A stretch of 53,787 bases of DNA from contig JASFYY010000134.1 in NCBI GenBank assembly GCA_045046875.1, forward strand, positions 1-53,787, read 5' to 3'. Of this stretch, positions 1 to 10,054 are shown piece after piece. The stretch's first letter is position 1. Each line of letters opens with the position of its first letter. The position numbers and the translations under genes are program-made. The notes under the pieces were generated by a model. It did not search any database and had not been told where the DNA came from. It was given only the letters and a program-made list of their open reading frames with translations. Source of the DNA: Verrucomicrobiota bacterium (GTDB lineage: Bacteria > Verrucomicrobiota > Verrucomicrobiia > Verrucomicrobiales > DEV007).

Positions 1-100
1 TCAGTGCATCAACGTAACGGGTCAATCAGGGGACTTTGCTTCCATATTTTCTGCGGACTTGCGTTGTAGCTGGCTACAGCCTATTAAGCAACCTATCCTA

Positions 101-1450
101 ATGAATCATCTTGCTTACGTTTTTGAGCGTTTTCCCTCTTTCACCCAGACTTTCTGTGTGCGTGAGGTTTTGGAGCTGGAGCGGCAAGGTATGCGGCCGT
201 TGATTTTTTCGATCCGTGATACCCGGCTTGAGGATGAAGCGCAGAAACACTTTCCTGCCGATCTCTATGAGCGAGTGCATTTTTTGCCGCAGGGAGATGA
301 ACTGGTCGAGGCGGTGAAAAAGCTGAAGGCTGAGGGCAAATTGCCGCAATCGGTGGTGCTGACTTTGCGTCACTGGAGTGATCATGGGGATCGAGCGGAC
401 AAACGACGGGTGCATGAAGCGGCTTACATCGGGGTGATGTTGCGGGAGGCAGGGGTGCAGCATGCGCATTCTCATTTTGCTGGCATTGGGGCGCGGACTT
501 GTTGGTGGTTGAAGTTTTTTTACGACATCACTTATAGTTTTACGGGTCACGCCAATGATCTTTTTTGTAAGACGGACTTTGAAGTCACGCTGGCCAAGTT
601 GATGAGCGATGCTGAGTTAGTGGTGACAGTGAGTGATTACACCGTGCGGGATTTGCAGCGGCGTTTTCCTGAATCGGCGAGCAAGGTGAAGCGAGTTTAC
701 AATGGGCTGGATCTCGAACCCTTTCGTGAAGCTGGGCAGCGACGTGATGAAGATGCGGTGTGGAGTGGAGAACGGCTTATCTTTACCGTTGGGCGTTTGA
801 TTGAGAAAAAGGGCTTTGATGATTTGATCAAAGCCTGCGCCGTGATGAAAAAAGACGGGGTAAAAGATTTCCGCTGTGTGATTGTTGGGGATGGACCTTT
901 GGAAGATGAGTTGGGGAAATTGATACGGACGAGTGGGGTTGAAGATTGTGTGGAGCTGGCGGGACCAAAATCCCAGAGCGAGATCATTGCTTATCTGGAA
1001 AGAGCAGCGATTTTCGCCTTGCCTTGTGTGACGGAAAAAGATGGAGGTAAGGATAACCTTCCTACTGTGATCATGGAGGCGATGGGCGCGCGAGTGCCTT
1101 GTGTTTCTACGATCCTGGCAGGCGTGCCGGAGATGGTGATCGATGGGGAGACCGGGCGATTGGTTGAGGAGCGACAGGTGGAAGATTTTGCTCAAGTGAT
1201 GGGGGATGTGCTGGCGGATAAAAAGCGCGCGATTGAAATGGGCATCGCTGGTGAGCTGCGTGCGATTGAGATTTTCGCCAAGGAGGTGACGGCGAAGCAG
1301 ATGAGACGTTTGCAGGTGTCGCGAGGGCTGGTGCGTTTTGATGCAACTTTGACGAGCAATGACCCGGCTTTGTGGTTTTGTTATGCCCGCCAGTGGGTGA
1401 AACGCTTTTCACGTCTGCTTCGCTGGCGGAAAAAAGATCACATTGGGTGA
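101..1450 (+). CDS. Glycosyltransferase family 4 (GT-B, WcaL-like)
   Basis: Motifs LAYVFERFPSFTQTF, HAHSHF, YSFTGHAND, VGRLIEKKG and DNLPTVIMEAM are typical of GT4. ATG at 101 preferred over TTG at 59. Confidence 0.9.
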   Translation: MNHLAYVFERFPSFTQTFCVREVLELERQGMRPLIFSIRDTRLEDEAQKHFPADLYERVHFLPQGDELVEAVKKLKAEGKLPQSVVLTLRHWSDHGDRADKRRVHEAAYIGVMLREAGVQHAHSHFAGIGARTCWWLKFFYDITYSFTGHANDLFCKTDFEVTLAKLMSDAELVVTVSDYTVRDLQRRFPESASKVKRVYNGLDLEPFREAGQRRDEDAVWSGERLIFTVGRLIEKKGFDDLIKACAVMKKDGVKDFRCVIVGDGPLEDELGKLIRTSGVEDCVELAGPKSQSEIIAYLERAAIFALPCVTEKDGGKDNLPTVIMEAMGARVPCVSTILAGVPEMVIDGETGRLVEERQVEDFAQVMGDVLADKKRAIEMGIAGELRAIEIFAKEVTAKQMRRLQVSRGLVRFDATLTSNDPALWFCYARQWVKRFSRLLRWRKKDHIG

Positions 1451-1628
1451 ATGAGCGGTGAGAATTTTTCAGGAATTTTCTAAATAGTCAGGTATAAGAA
1501 TATGGCTGATTGTCATTGGTGGTTAACCGTTGAATTTAACTGTTATTAAACTAGGTTTGCTAATTCCTGTCTTTCTTGCCTCGGTGCGAAAGGCATTTTT
1601 ATTTATATATCAAAGTTCTTTCTCTCTA

Positions 1629-4600
1629 ATGAATTTTTCTTCATCGATCTCATTGTATTGGCGTTTGCTGGCAAGTATTCTCATTGTCGCTATGGCGGTT
1701 CAGCCGATGGCTTTTGCTAATCCGGCGGCTCCGGTGATTCGCTCGGGGGCGGCGGAGTTTAATTTTGATAATCCGGCGCATTTGCTGATTCAACAGGGCA
1801 GCGACAAGTTGATCGTTGACTGGGGGGAGTTCAGTATCAGTGCGGGTGAGTTGACTCAGTTCATTCAGCCTGGAAGTGGCAGTGCGGCTTTGAACCGGGT
1901 GATGGGGGCGTTGCCGAGTTCGATTCAGGGGCAGCTTCAGGCGAATGGGCGGGTGTTGTTGATTAACCCCAACGGGGTGTTGATCGGTCCCGGTGGGCGG
2001 ATTGATACGGCGGGCTTTATCGCTTCGACTTTGGATGTCAGTGATGCGGATTTTTTGGCTGGGGGGGATTTGCGGTTTCAGGGGAACTCGCTGGCTAAGG
2101 TGGTGAACCTGGGCACGATCAATGCGATTGATGGTGGGGATATTTTTCTGATTGCGCGTGAGGTGGTGAATGCTGGAACTTTGAATGCGCCCGAGGGGAC
2201 GGTTGGACTGGCGGCTGGGCAGCAGATCGTGATCGCTGCGCAGGGTGAAGAGCGGGTGGCGATTTTGCCTGAGGGGCAGGAGGGTTCGGTGACTAATAGC
2301 GGGACGATCGCGGCGGCGACGGCAGAGCTTAAGGCGGCGGGCGGTAATGAATATGCATTGGCGGTGAACAATACCGGACTGGTGCGTGCCAAGGGTTTTG
2401 AAAAACGCGGCGGTAGGATTTATCTTTCCGTTGGTGGAGGCAAGGGGCGCATTGTTAATACCGGGACTTTGAAAGCGCGGATGGAGGACAACAGCGGCGG
2501 GCTGGTACAGGTCACTCATGCGGGAGAAGAAGCTGGAGCCGGAGTGGACATCGGTGGGCGGGTGGATGTGAAGGGAGAGGTTGGCAGTGGTGGAATGGTA
2601 TTGGTCACGGCACCTGGGATTCATGTGTTGCCTGGAGCGAGAATTGATGCCTCGGGGCAAGTGAATGGAGGTCAGATCGCTCTGCACAGTGCGGGGGATG
2701 AGGGCACGATGATCGATGGGGCTTTGGTGGCTAACGGCAAAAGTGGCGATGGTGGATTTATTCACGTGACCGGATCCTTTATCGGTCTCGGAGCGAATGG
2801 AGAAATCAGCGCTAACGGTGGCAATGGCGGAGGTTTTGTTTTACTCGGCGCGGATCCCGAGGATGGCTCGGGTCAGGTTGAGAGTTCGCAGATTGTGCTG
2901 GCGCCGGGTTCGCGGATATCAGCCAATGGGATGCGCGGAGACGGCGGCATGGTATTGATCAATGGCGCGCGGGATTCCTCGGTGATGCTGGGCGGAGAGA
3001 TCAGTGCGAGTAGCCAATCAGGAGTGGGTGGGCAGGTGATGGCTTTTGGCGGTGATGTCAGTTTGGGCGGCACGGCGATGATTGACGCAGGTGGTTATCG
3101 AGGCGGTGGGCAGGTTTATATTGGTGGAGGTCAGCGGGGACGTGATGCGAGCAAACCCAACGCACAGAATACCAGTGTGGCAGAGGGGGCGCTGATTTTA
3201 GCTAATGCCAGCGCAGGTGGGGCGGGAGCAGGTGGCAGAGTCATCCTGTGGGCGGATCGCTTGATGGACTTTCAGGGATCGATTGAGAACCGCGGAGCGG
3301 GTGGAGGTGCGGGTGGTTTTACCGAGGTGTCCGGCTTGGAGTATTTAGGGTTCAATGGCACGGTGGATACCGGTGGTGGGACTTTGTTGCTCGATCCATA
3401 CAGCTACATCATCGGGGCGACGGAGGCGGGGAATATCGTGACGGCTTTGATATCCAACAACGTGATCATTGATACCACGACGGATGTGACGGCTTACGGT
3501 TCGTCCGGGGTGAATACTGATCCTGGCGACATCACGGTGAATTCGGCGGTTCTCTACGATTCGACTTTTGATCTGACTTTCCTGGCGATGGGAGATGCTA
3601 ATTTTAATGCGAGTGTGCAGAACAGCAATGATTCGGGTGGCGATATTAATATTGTAGCGGGATGGGATGGAGTGACTGCTTATAATACCGCAGCTTTTGT
3701 GGCGGAGGATGTGAACAGCACGTCGGTGTTTGGTGCGGGTAACGGCTCGGTGAACATTGGCAGGGGATCTCAGTCTACGGGAGTAGCGGTGGGTAGTCGA
3801 TCTGGTACAACCAATGTGTTTGGCTACGATGTCAGTTTGCAGGGAGGCAACGGTGGGAATGGGCGTTTTGCACAATTGGGTTTTCAGGTGAGTGATCAGG
3901 GGGCGGCTTACGTGGTGGATGGCGGGATCACGGTGCATGCAAAAAATAATGTTTCTGCGAAGAGCGGGAGTGGATCTCGAAGTTACGCGCAAATTGGTCA
4001 TGTGGGGGCGGATCTGAGTAGTGATTCTATCATCGAAGCGGCGGCGACATCGGTGATCGAACTGTCGGTAGGGAATGATGTGATTTTTGCGGCAGGGTCT
4101 GGAGATTTGGCCTATGTGCAGTTGGGGCAGGGGGGGAGGGGAACCCGTGGAAACCACAGTGGCATCACGACGATCACGCAGGCTAATGATGTGATTTTCA
4201 CCGGAGGGGGGGATAATAGAGCCTACGCTCAACTGGGTCAGGGTGGCTATGATGCCCGTGGAAACCACAGTGGCATCACGACGATCATATATGCCAATGA
4301 TGTGATTTTTACCGCTGGGACTGGTGCCCGCGCCTACGCTCAACTGGGTCAGGGTGGCTATGATGCCCGTGGAAACCACAGTGGTACCACGACCATCACG
4401 CAGGCTAATGATGTGATTTTCACCGCACGCGGAGGGTACGCGCAACTAGGTCAGGGGGGGCTTGATGCAGGCGGAAATCACAGTGGCACGACGATCATCA
4501 CGCAGGCCAATGACTTGGTTTTTACTGCCGGAACGGTTAAGTTTGCCTATGCACAGTTGGGACAGGGGGGGAGTGGAGCCTTCGGTAATCAAAGAGGGAA

Positions 4601-7600
4601 TACTTCACTGACGCTTGGGGGGGATCTGACTCTAACCGGTTTGAATACGGTCTTTAATTATGCGCGGATTGGTAATGGTGATTTCAGCGGAAATGATAGT
4701 GGCGATGTGATGATCCGCGCAGAAGGGGGCGTCACTCTTAATAAAGCTTCGATCGGAAACCGCGTCGGTTCCGCCAAAACTTATATCGGTGTGGTGGGCG
4801 ATCTGAATGCAGATGCTACGAGTGTATTTCGCAGCGGGCCTTCGGGTGCAGGTGGCGAGCTGAGGCTGTATGTCGGTGGTAACGATAACGTCGATGCCTC
4901 AAGCCGGCTCAATGGAGTCGCCCATGGTGGCACGGCCTTTCCAAATAACCAGGGAGATTACGCTTTTGGCGACGGCCCTTATGTGGCGGGTTTTTCCTAT
5001 TACTCACTAGCTGCTCTTTACAACTACACGGTGGATACTCTGGCTGAGGCGACCGCTATTCAGACGGCTCTCAACGGTGGTAGTGATGTGACCCTTACCT
5101 ACAATCTCAATCAGGCGAATTTTGGCGCGGAGTATGACTGGGACGGTGGCACTCAGTTCATTCGCTTTGATTCGGATCTGTTTTATGATTCGAGTAATAC
5201 GCTTAACCTGTTGGCAACGGGGGACGCGCTGTTCAACGCCAGTGTGCAGAACCGCAACGCGACCGGTGGGGATATCAATATCGTGGCGGGCTGGGATGGA
5301 ATCACTGCTTACAATACGGCGGCCTTCGTGGCAGAAGATGTGAACAGCACGACGGTGTTTGGTGGTAGCATGGGCACGGTGAACATTGGTGACGGTTCGC
5401 AGACATCAGCAGTGGTAGTGGGCAGTCGTTCGGGGAATAGCAATGTTTTTGGCTATGATGTCAGTTTGCAGGGTGGCAATGCGGGGGTTGTACGCTTTGC
5501 GCAGTTGGGTTTCCAGGTGAGCAATCAAGGAGCATCTTATGTGGTAGATGGTGATATCGTGGTGCATGCGCTCAACGATGTGAGGGCGACGGGTGGGAGT
5601 GGGGGAACTTACAACTACGTCCAAATTGGTCATGTGGGGGCGGATCGAGGTTTTATCAATTCCACCGTCGAAGCGACGGCTAGCTCGGGGATCGAATTGT
5701 CGGTCGGGAATAACGTGAGTATTGAGAGTGGTGATGGTGTTTATGCTTATGCGCAGCTGGGCCAAGGGGGGTACTATGCCGTTGGTGACCACAGTGGAAC
5801 GACGACGATCACGCAGGCCAACGATGTGAGTATTGCAAGTGGTGATGGATTACATGCCTACGCGCAGCTGGGTCAGGGGGGGCTTATTGCCTTTGGTAAC
5901 TTCAGCGGAGACATCTCGCTGACGTTGGATGGAGACCTCACTATTGCTGGGCAAAATACCTCGAGACGCTACGCTCTGATCGGCAATGGAAATGGCCCGC
6001 AAACCTTTGACGATGACACGGGAAGAAGTGTCAGTGGTAATGTAACGGTGTATGTCGATGGGAATACGACGGTGGATAACGGCTGGTTGGGTAATCTTCT
6101 CGATGGAGAGGGTGTGTCCAACAGCGGGAGCATGATGCTTGAGGCTGGAGGGAATATCACTCTGGATAGGCTTCTCAATCTGGGCGGCTACAACTCGGCG
6201 GATGTCTATAGCTACATAGCGAGAGGTGACGTGAACTTCAACGCTAGCGTTCAGAATCGCAATGATACCGGAGGCGATATCAACATCGTGGCGGGTTGGG
6301 ATGGCACGACGCCGTATAACACGGCGGGCTTTGTGGCGGAGGATGTGACTTCGACGACAGTGTTTGGAGTCGGCATGGGTAGCGTGAATATCGGTGACGG
6401 CGCACAGGCAGCAGGAGTGGCGGTGGGAAGTCGCTCGGGGAATACCAATGTGTTTGGCTATGATGTGATCTTGCAGGGTGGAAATAGTGGGGATGGAAAC
6501 TTCGCGCAGTTGGGCTTCCAGGTGACGGATGGGATGACGCAGAATGGGGCAGATCTGGATATGGCGAATGTGGGTGGAGCGAATGTGGTGGTCAATGGAG
6601 GGATCATCGTGCATGCGCTCAACGATGTGAGGGCGACGGGTGGGAATGGAGCAAATTTTAACTACGTGCAGATAGGCCATGTAGGGGTGGATCAAGGTGC
6701 TTCCAATTCCACAATCGAAGCGAGTGCCAGCTCGGTGATCGAATTGTCGGTTGGGAATAACATGAGTTTTGAGGCTGGTGGTGGAAATTTTTCCTACGCG
6801 CAACTGGGTCAAGGGGGGTATAATACCGCTGGCGCCTTCAGCGGTACGACGACGATCACGCGGGTCAATGACATCAGCTTTGCGGGTGGGAATGGCGGTG
6901 GCCTTGTCGCCTACGCGCAGTTAGGCCAGGGGGGGTATAGAGCCAGTGGCAATTTCACTGGCACGACGACGATCACGAGGGCGGCCGACATCAGCTTCAT
7001 GGGTGGGAACGGAAATTTCGCCTACGCGCAGTTGGGCCAGGGTGGTGATGGAGCCATTGGCGCTAAGAGTGGGGATATAAGCGTGAAGCACACGGGTAAT
7101 CTTACGCTAAATGGGAATGGGTGGCCGGGTGGAATAGGCCACGGAGGAAGCTCGGGTGATGTAGAGGGCGACGTGATGATTCAAACGGGCGGCAATGCGA
7201 GTCTGGTCGGTGCATTTATCGGACATTCACCCGGTAGTGGGGATACTTACACATCGGGCAATACATTCATTGGGGTGGTGGGTGATCTCATCGCGGATGC
7301 GGGCAGTCGGTTCAATTCGGCACCGAACAACGGATCTGGCGACGGTGAGTTGCGCTTTTATGTGGGCGGCAGCGACAATGTGAATACTGGCACCCAGCTC
7401 AACGGAACACCCCATGGGGGCACGCTTTTCCCTAATGATCAGGGAGACTTTGTTTTCGGAAATGGAGGCTATGCTCTGCCAGGGGCTTCGAACCCGACAC
7501 CCGGCAACTTCAATTACTACAGAATCGAGCAGGGCATCTACAATTATGCCGTAGATACACTGGCCGAAGCGACCGCTATTCAGACAGATCTCAACAATGG

Positions 7601-9950
7601 CACTGACGTGACGTTGGTTTACAATCTGAATCAGGTGAACTTTGGGGCGGAGTATGATTGGGATGGAGGCACGCAGTTCATTCGATTTGATTCCGCTCTG
7701 TTTTATAATTCGACTAATACGCTGAATTTGTTGGCAACGGGGGACGCGATTTTTAATGCCAGCGTGCAGAACCGCAACGCGACGGGTGGGGATATCAATA
7801 TCGTGGCGGGCTGGGATGGATTGACGGCCTACAACACTGCGTCGTTTGTGGCGGAGGATGTGACTGTGACAGTTGCATTCGGTCAAAACAACGGCACGAT
7901 TTATATTGGCAATGGAGGACAAGCTTTGGGAGTGGCGGTGGGTAGCCGTTCGGGGACGAGCAATGTTTTTGGTTATGATGTCAGTTTGCAAGCGGGCATG
8001 GGAGCAGGAGTGAGCGGGCGCTTTGCGCAATTAGGCTTTCAGGTGAGTGACCAAGGGGCGGCTTACCTGGTAGATGGAGGGATCACGGTGCATGCGGTCA
8101 ACGATGTGAGCGTGACCGGTGGGGATACCCCCGATTTCAACTATGCGCAGATTGGCCATGTGGGGGCGGATCAAGTTGCTGATGCTACCATTGAAGCGAC
8201 GGCCACGTCGGTGATAGAGCTGTCCGTCGGAAATGATGTGAGATTCATGGGAGGGAGCGGACGTTCTGCTTATGCGCAGTTAGGTCAGGGGGGGATTTTT
8301 GCCAATGGCTCTCATAGCGGGATGACGACGATCACGCAGGCCAATAACGTGAGTTTTTTGGGAGGGGGAGGTGATACAGCTTACGCGCAACTGGGCCAGG
8401 GGGGGAGTTTTGCAGATGGCGACCACAGTGGTACTACGCTGATCAGCCAAGCCAATTTGATCAGCTTCTCGGCCGGCGGCGGGGTATTGGCCTACGCACA
8501 GTTGGGTCAAGGGGGAGCCAGTTCCGATGGGAATCATAGCGGAATGACGACGATCTCTCTGGCTAATGATGTGAGTTTCTCGGGCGGCGCTGGGGGCAAT
8601 GCCTACGCACAGCTGGGACAGGGAGGGTTTGATGCCAACGGCTCCTATAGTGGAAACACAACGATCGCCCAAGCCAATGATATCAGCTTTGCGGGGGGCG
8701 GGGGGATTTATGCTTACGCACAGCTAGGGCAAGGAGGGGCGTTTTCCGATGGTTCCCATAGCGGAATTACGATGATCACCGTTGCCAATGATGTGAGTTT
8801 CTCGGGCGGCGCTGGAAACGATGCCTACGTGCAACTGGGTCAGGGTGGAGTGCTTGCTACCGGTAATCACAGTGGGACAACGGCGATAAGCCAAGCTAAT
8901 GATATCAGTTTTTCGGGGGGAGCTGGAGGCGAATCCTACGCGCAGCTAGGACAAGGAGGGATTGTATCCAATGGCAACCACAGCGGGAGCACGACGATCA
9001 CTCAGGCTAATGATGTGAGTTTCTTGGGAGGGATTGGAGTCGATTCTTACGCGCAGCTGGGACAAGGAGGCGCTGCTTCCAGTGGTGATCATAGTGGGAA
9101 TACGACGATCGCACAGGCCAATGACGTGAGCTTTTTGGGAGGGGCGGGGGCGCGGTCTTACTCACAACTGGGACAGGGAGGGTATGTTGCCATTGGTGAC
9201 TACAGTGGGGATATCTCGTTGACCCATGCGGGTGATCTTCTGCTCACCGGTGGCAATGTGACGGATAGCTACGCTCTGATTGGGCACGGAGACCAACCTG
9301 GTGATGGTGATGCGGGTAGAGCCGTCAGTGGCGACGTGATGGTGCGCACCGGAGGAAATACGACGCTCACCAATGCCTTTATCGGACATCTTATCGACGG
9401 CGACGGCAGCTACACCAGCGGCGATACTTTCATTGGAGTGGGAACCGTCGCTGGCCCCGAGAGGCTCATCGCAAATGCTAACAGCGGCTTCTTCAGTGCG
9501 CCTACGGCACAACTCCGTTTTTATATTCCCAGTTCCTCGAGCAATCAGATTGCTGCAGGTGCTTCCCTCAACGGAACCCTTGCTCCCGGGCCGGGCATCA
9601 TCCCTAACAATCAAGGTGTCTACGCTTTTGGCCTTGGGCCTTACAATTTAGTGGATCCGGGCAATTTTGCTTTTTATGTTCCACTTCAACCTGTTGCTTC
9701 CGTTACTGCTGCCGCTGATGGAGACAACTTGCCGGGCGTGATGACCTTGCCCGCCATTGGCATTGGCGGTGGCATTGGCTTATCTGCTGCATCCTTCCCG
9801 CAGGACATTCTTTTCATCCGACCGGTGGCATTCGAACGGGATTCGTGGTGGCAATGGCCAGAGTATCGTATTGGTGGCTTTGTGGATTTTCTGCCGAATC
9901 ATTCGATGCACACTCTGGGGAGTTTCGAGTTGGAGGAGGAGGGGGAATAA
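1629..9950 (+). CDS. TpsA exoprotein with filamentous-haemagglutinin N-terminal (TPS) domain; large repetitive beta-helical adhesin-like protein
   Basis: Signal peptide (..VQPMAFA-NP), TPS domain (IVDWGEFSI, ALNRV, LINPNGVLIG), Gly/Asn/Ala-rich repeats, adjacent TpsB. ATG 1629 preferred over TTG 1530. Confidence 0.9.
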   Translation: MNFSSSISLYWRLLASILIVAMAVQPMAFANPAAPVIRSGAAEFNFDNPAHLLIQQGSDKLIVDWGEFSISAGELTQFIQPGSGSAALNRVMGALPSSIQGQLQANGRVLLINPNGVLIGPGGRIDTAGFIASTLDVSDADFLAGGDLRFQGNSLAKVVNLGTINAIDGGDIFLIAREVVNAGTLNAPEGTVGLAAGQQIVIAAQGEERVAILPEGQEGSVTNSGTIAAATAELKAAGGNEYALAVNNTGLVRAKGFEKRGGRIYLSVGGGKGRIVNTGTLKARMEDNSGGLVQVTHAGEEAGAGVDIGGRVDVKGEVGSGGMVLVTAPGIHVLPGARIDASGQVNGGQIALHSAGDEGTMIDGALVANGKSGDGGFIHVTGSFIGLGANGEISANGGNGGGFVLLGADPEDGSGQVESSQIVLAPGSRISANGMRGDGGMVLINGARDSSVMLGGEISASSQSGVGGQVMAFGGDVSLGGTAMIDAGGYRGGGQVYIGGGQRGRDASKPNAQNTSVAEGALILANASAGGAGAGGRVILWADRLMDFQGSIENRGAGGGAGGFTEVSGLEYLGFNGTVDTGGGTLLLDPYSYIIGATEAGNIVTALISNNVIIDTTTDVTAYGSSGVNTDPGDITVNSAVLYDSTFDLTFLAMGDANFNASVQNSNDSGGDINIVAGWDGVTAYNTAAFVAEDVNSTSVFGAGNGSVNIGRGSQSTGVAVGSRSGTTNVFGYDVSLQGGNGGNGRFAQLGFQVSDQGAAYVVDGGITVHAKNNVSAKSGSGSRSYAQIGHVGADLSSDSIIEAAATSVIELSVGNDVIFAAGSGDLAYVQLGQGGRGTRGNHSGITTITQANDVIFTGGGDNRAYAQLGQGGYDARGNHSGITTIIYANDVIFTAGTGARAYAQLGQGGYDARGNHSGTTTITQANDVIFTARGGYAQLGQGGLDAGGNHSGTTIITQANDLVFTAGTVKFAYAQLGQGGSGAFGNQRGNTSLTLGGDLTLTGLNTVFNYARIGNGDFSGNDSGDVMIRAEGGVTLNKASIGNRVGSAKTYIGVVGDLNADATSVFRSGPSGAGGELRLYVGGNDNVDASSRLNGVAHGGTAFPNNQGDYAFGDGPYVAGFSYYSLAALYNYTVDTLAEATAIQTALNGGSDVTLTYNLNQANFGAEYDWDGGTQFIRFDSDLFYDSSNTLNLLATGDALFNASVQNRNATGGDINIVAGWDGITAYNTAAFVAEDVNSTTVFGGSMGTVNIGDGSQTSAVVVGSRSGNSNVFGYDVSLQGGNAGVVRFAQLGFQVSNQGASYVVDGDIVVHALNDVRATGGSGGTYNYVQIGHVGADRGFINSTVEATASSGIELSVGNNVSIESGDGVYAYAQLGQGGYYAVGDHSGTTTITQANDVSIASGDGLHAYAQLGQGGLIAFGNFSGDISLTLDGDLTIAGQNTSRRYALIGNGNGPQTFDDDTGRSVSGNVTVYVDGNTTVDNGWLGNLLDGEGVSNSGSMMLEAGGNITLDRLLNLGGYNSADVYSYIARGDVNFNASVQNRNDTGGDINIVAGWDGTTPYNTAGFVAEDVTSTTVFGVGMGSVNIGDGAQAAGVAVGSRSGNTNVFGYDVILQGGNSGDGNFAQLGFQVTDGMTQNGADLDMANVGGANVVVNGGIIVHALNDVRATGGNGANFNYVQIGHVGVDQGASNSTIEASASSVIELSVGNNMSFEAGGGNFSYAQLGQGGYNTAGAFSGTTTITRVNDISFAGGNGGGLVAYAQLGQGGYRASGNFTGTTTITRAADISFMGGNGNFAYAQLGQGGDGAIGAKSGDISVKHTGNLTLNGNGWPGGIGHGGSSGDVEGDVMIQTGGNASLVGAFIGHSPGSGDTYTSGNTFIGVVGDLIADAGSRFNSAPNNGSGDGELRFYVGGSDNVNTGTQLNGTPHGGTLFPNDQGDFVFGNGGYALPGASNPTPGNFNYYRIEQGIYNYAVDTLAEATAIQTDLNNGTDVTLVYNLNQVNFGAEYDWDGGTQFIRFDSALFYNSTNTLNLLATGDAIFNASVQNRNATGGDINIVAGWDGLTAYNTASFVAEDVTVTVAFGQNNGTIYIGNGGQALGVAVGSRSGTSNVFGYDVSLQAGMGAGVSGRFAQLGFQVSDQGAAYLVDGGITVHAVNDVSVTGGDTPDFNYAQIGHVGADQVADATIEATATSVIELSVGNDVRFMGGSGRSAYAQLGQGGIFANGSHSGMTTITQANNVSFLGGGGDTAYAQLGQGGSFADGDHSGTTLISQANLISFSAGGGVLAYAQLGQGGASSDGNHSGMTTISLANDVSFSGGAGGNAYAQLGQGGFDANGSYSGNTTIAQANDISFAGGGGIYAYAQLGQGGAFSDGSHSGITMITVANDVSFSGGAGNDAYVQLGQGGVLATGNHSGTTAISQANDISFSGGAGGESYAQLGQGGIVSNGNHSGSTTITQANDVSFLGGIGVDSYAQLGQGGAASSGDHSGNTTIAQANDVSFLGGAGARSYSQLGQGGYVAIGDYSGDISLTHAGDLLLTGGNVTDSYALIGHGDQPGDGDAGRAVSGDVMVRTGGNTTLTNAFIGHLIDGDGSYTSGDTFIGVGTVAGPERLIANANSGFFSAPTAQLRFYIPSSSSNQIAAGASLNGTLAPGPGIIPNNQGVYAFGLGPYNLVDPGNFAFYVPLQPVASVTAAADGDNLPGVMTLPAIGIGGGIGLSAASFPQDILFIRPVAFERDSWWQWPEYRIGGFVDFLPNHSMHTLGSFELEEEGE
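3603..9250 (+). repeat. Intragenic nested repeats in TpsA: four large modules containing 19 copies of a ~37-aa (111-bp) xYxQLGQGG unit
   Basis: Modules begin FNASVQN..GGDINIVAGWDG at ~3603, 5232, 6237 and 7752 and hold 5, 2, 3 and 9 QLGQGG units. A 53-nt exact DNA repeat lies at 4221 and 4332. Confidence 0.9.
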
Positions 9951-10054
9951 TTGTTAATGGTTAGTTATCAATTTGCCATTCACATTAACAAAAATTTATC
10001 ATTAACAATTTACCATTTATAATTATTGCGATCCTTTTTGTCCTATCCTGCCCG

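Noticed and set aside
4100..9200. Diversity-generating retroelement TR/VR pair
   Set aside because: No reverse transcriptase in the window; repeat differences are not adenine-specific and the repeats are in-frame protein units.
1650..9614. Long antisense ORFs within TpsA and other large genes
   Set aside because: His/Arg/Ile-rich shadow frames produced by codon bias on the coding strand; no motifs.
1629..9950. CdiA contact-dependent inhibition toxin
   Set aside because: No VENN/pre-toxin motif, no recognisable toxin tip and no immunity ORF; TpsB follows directly.
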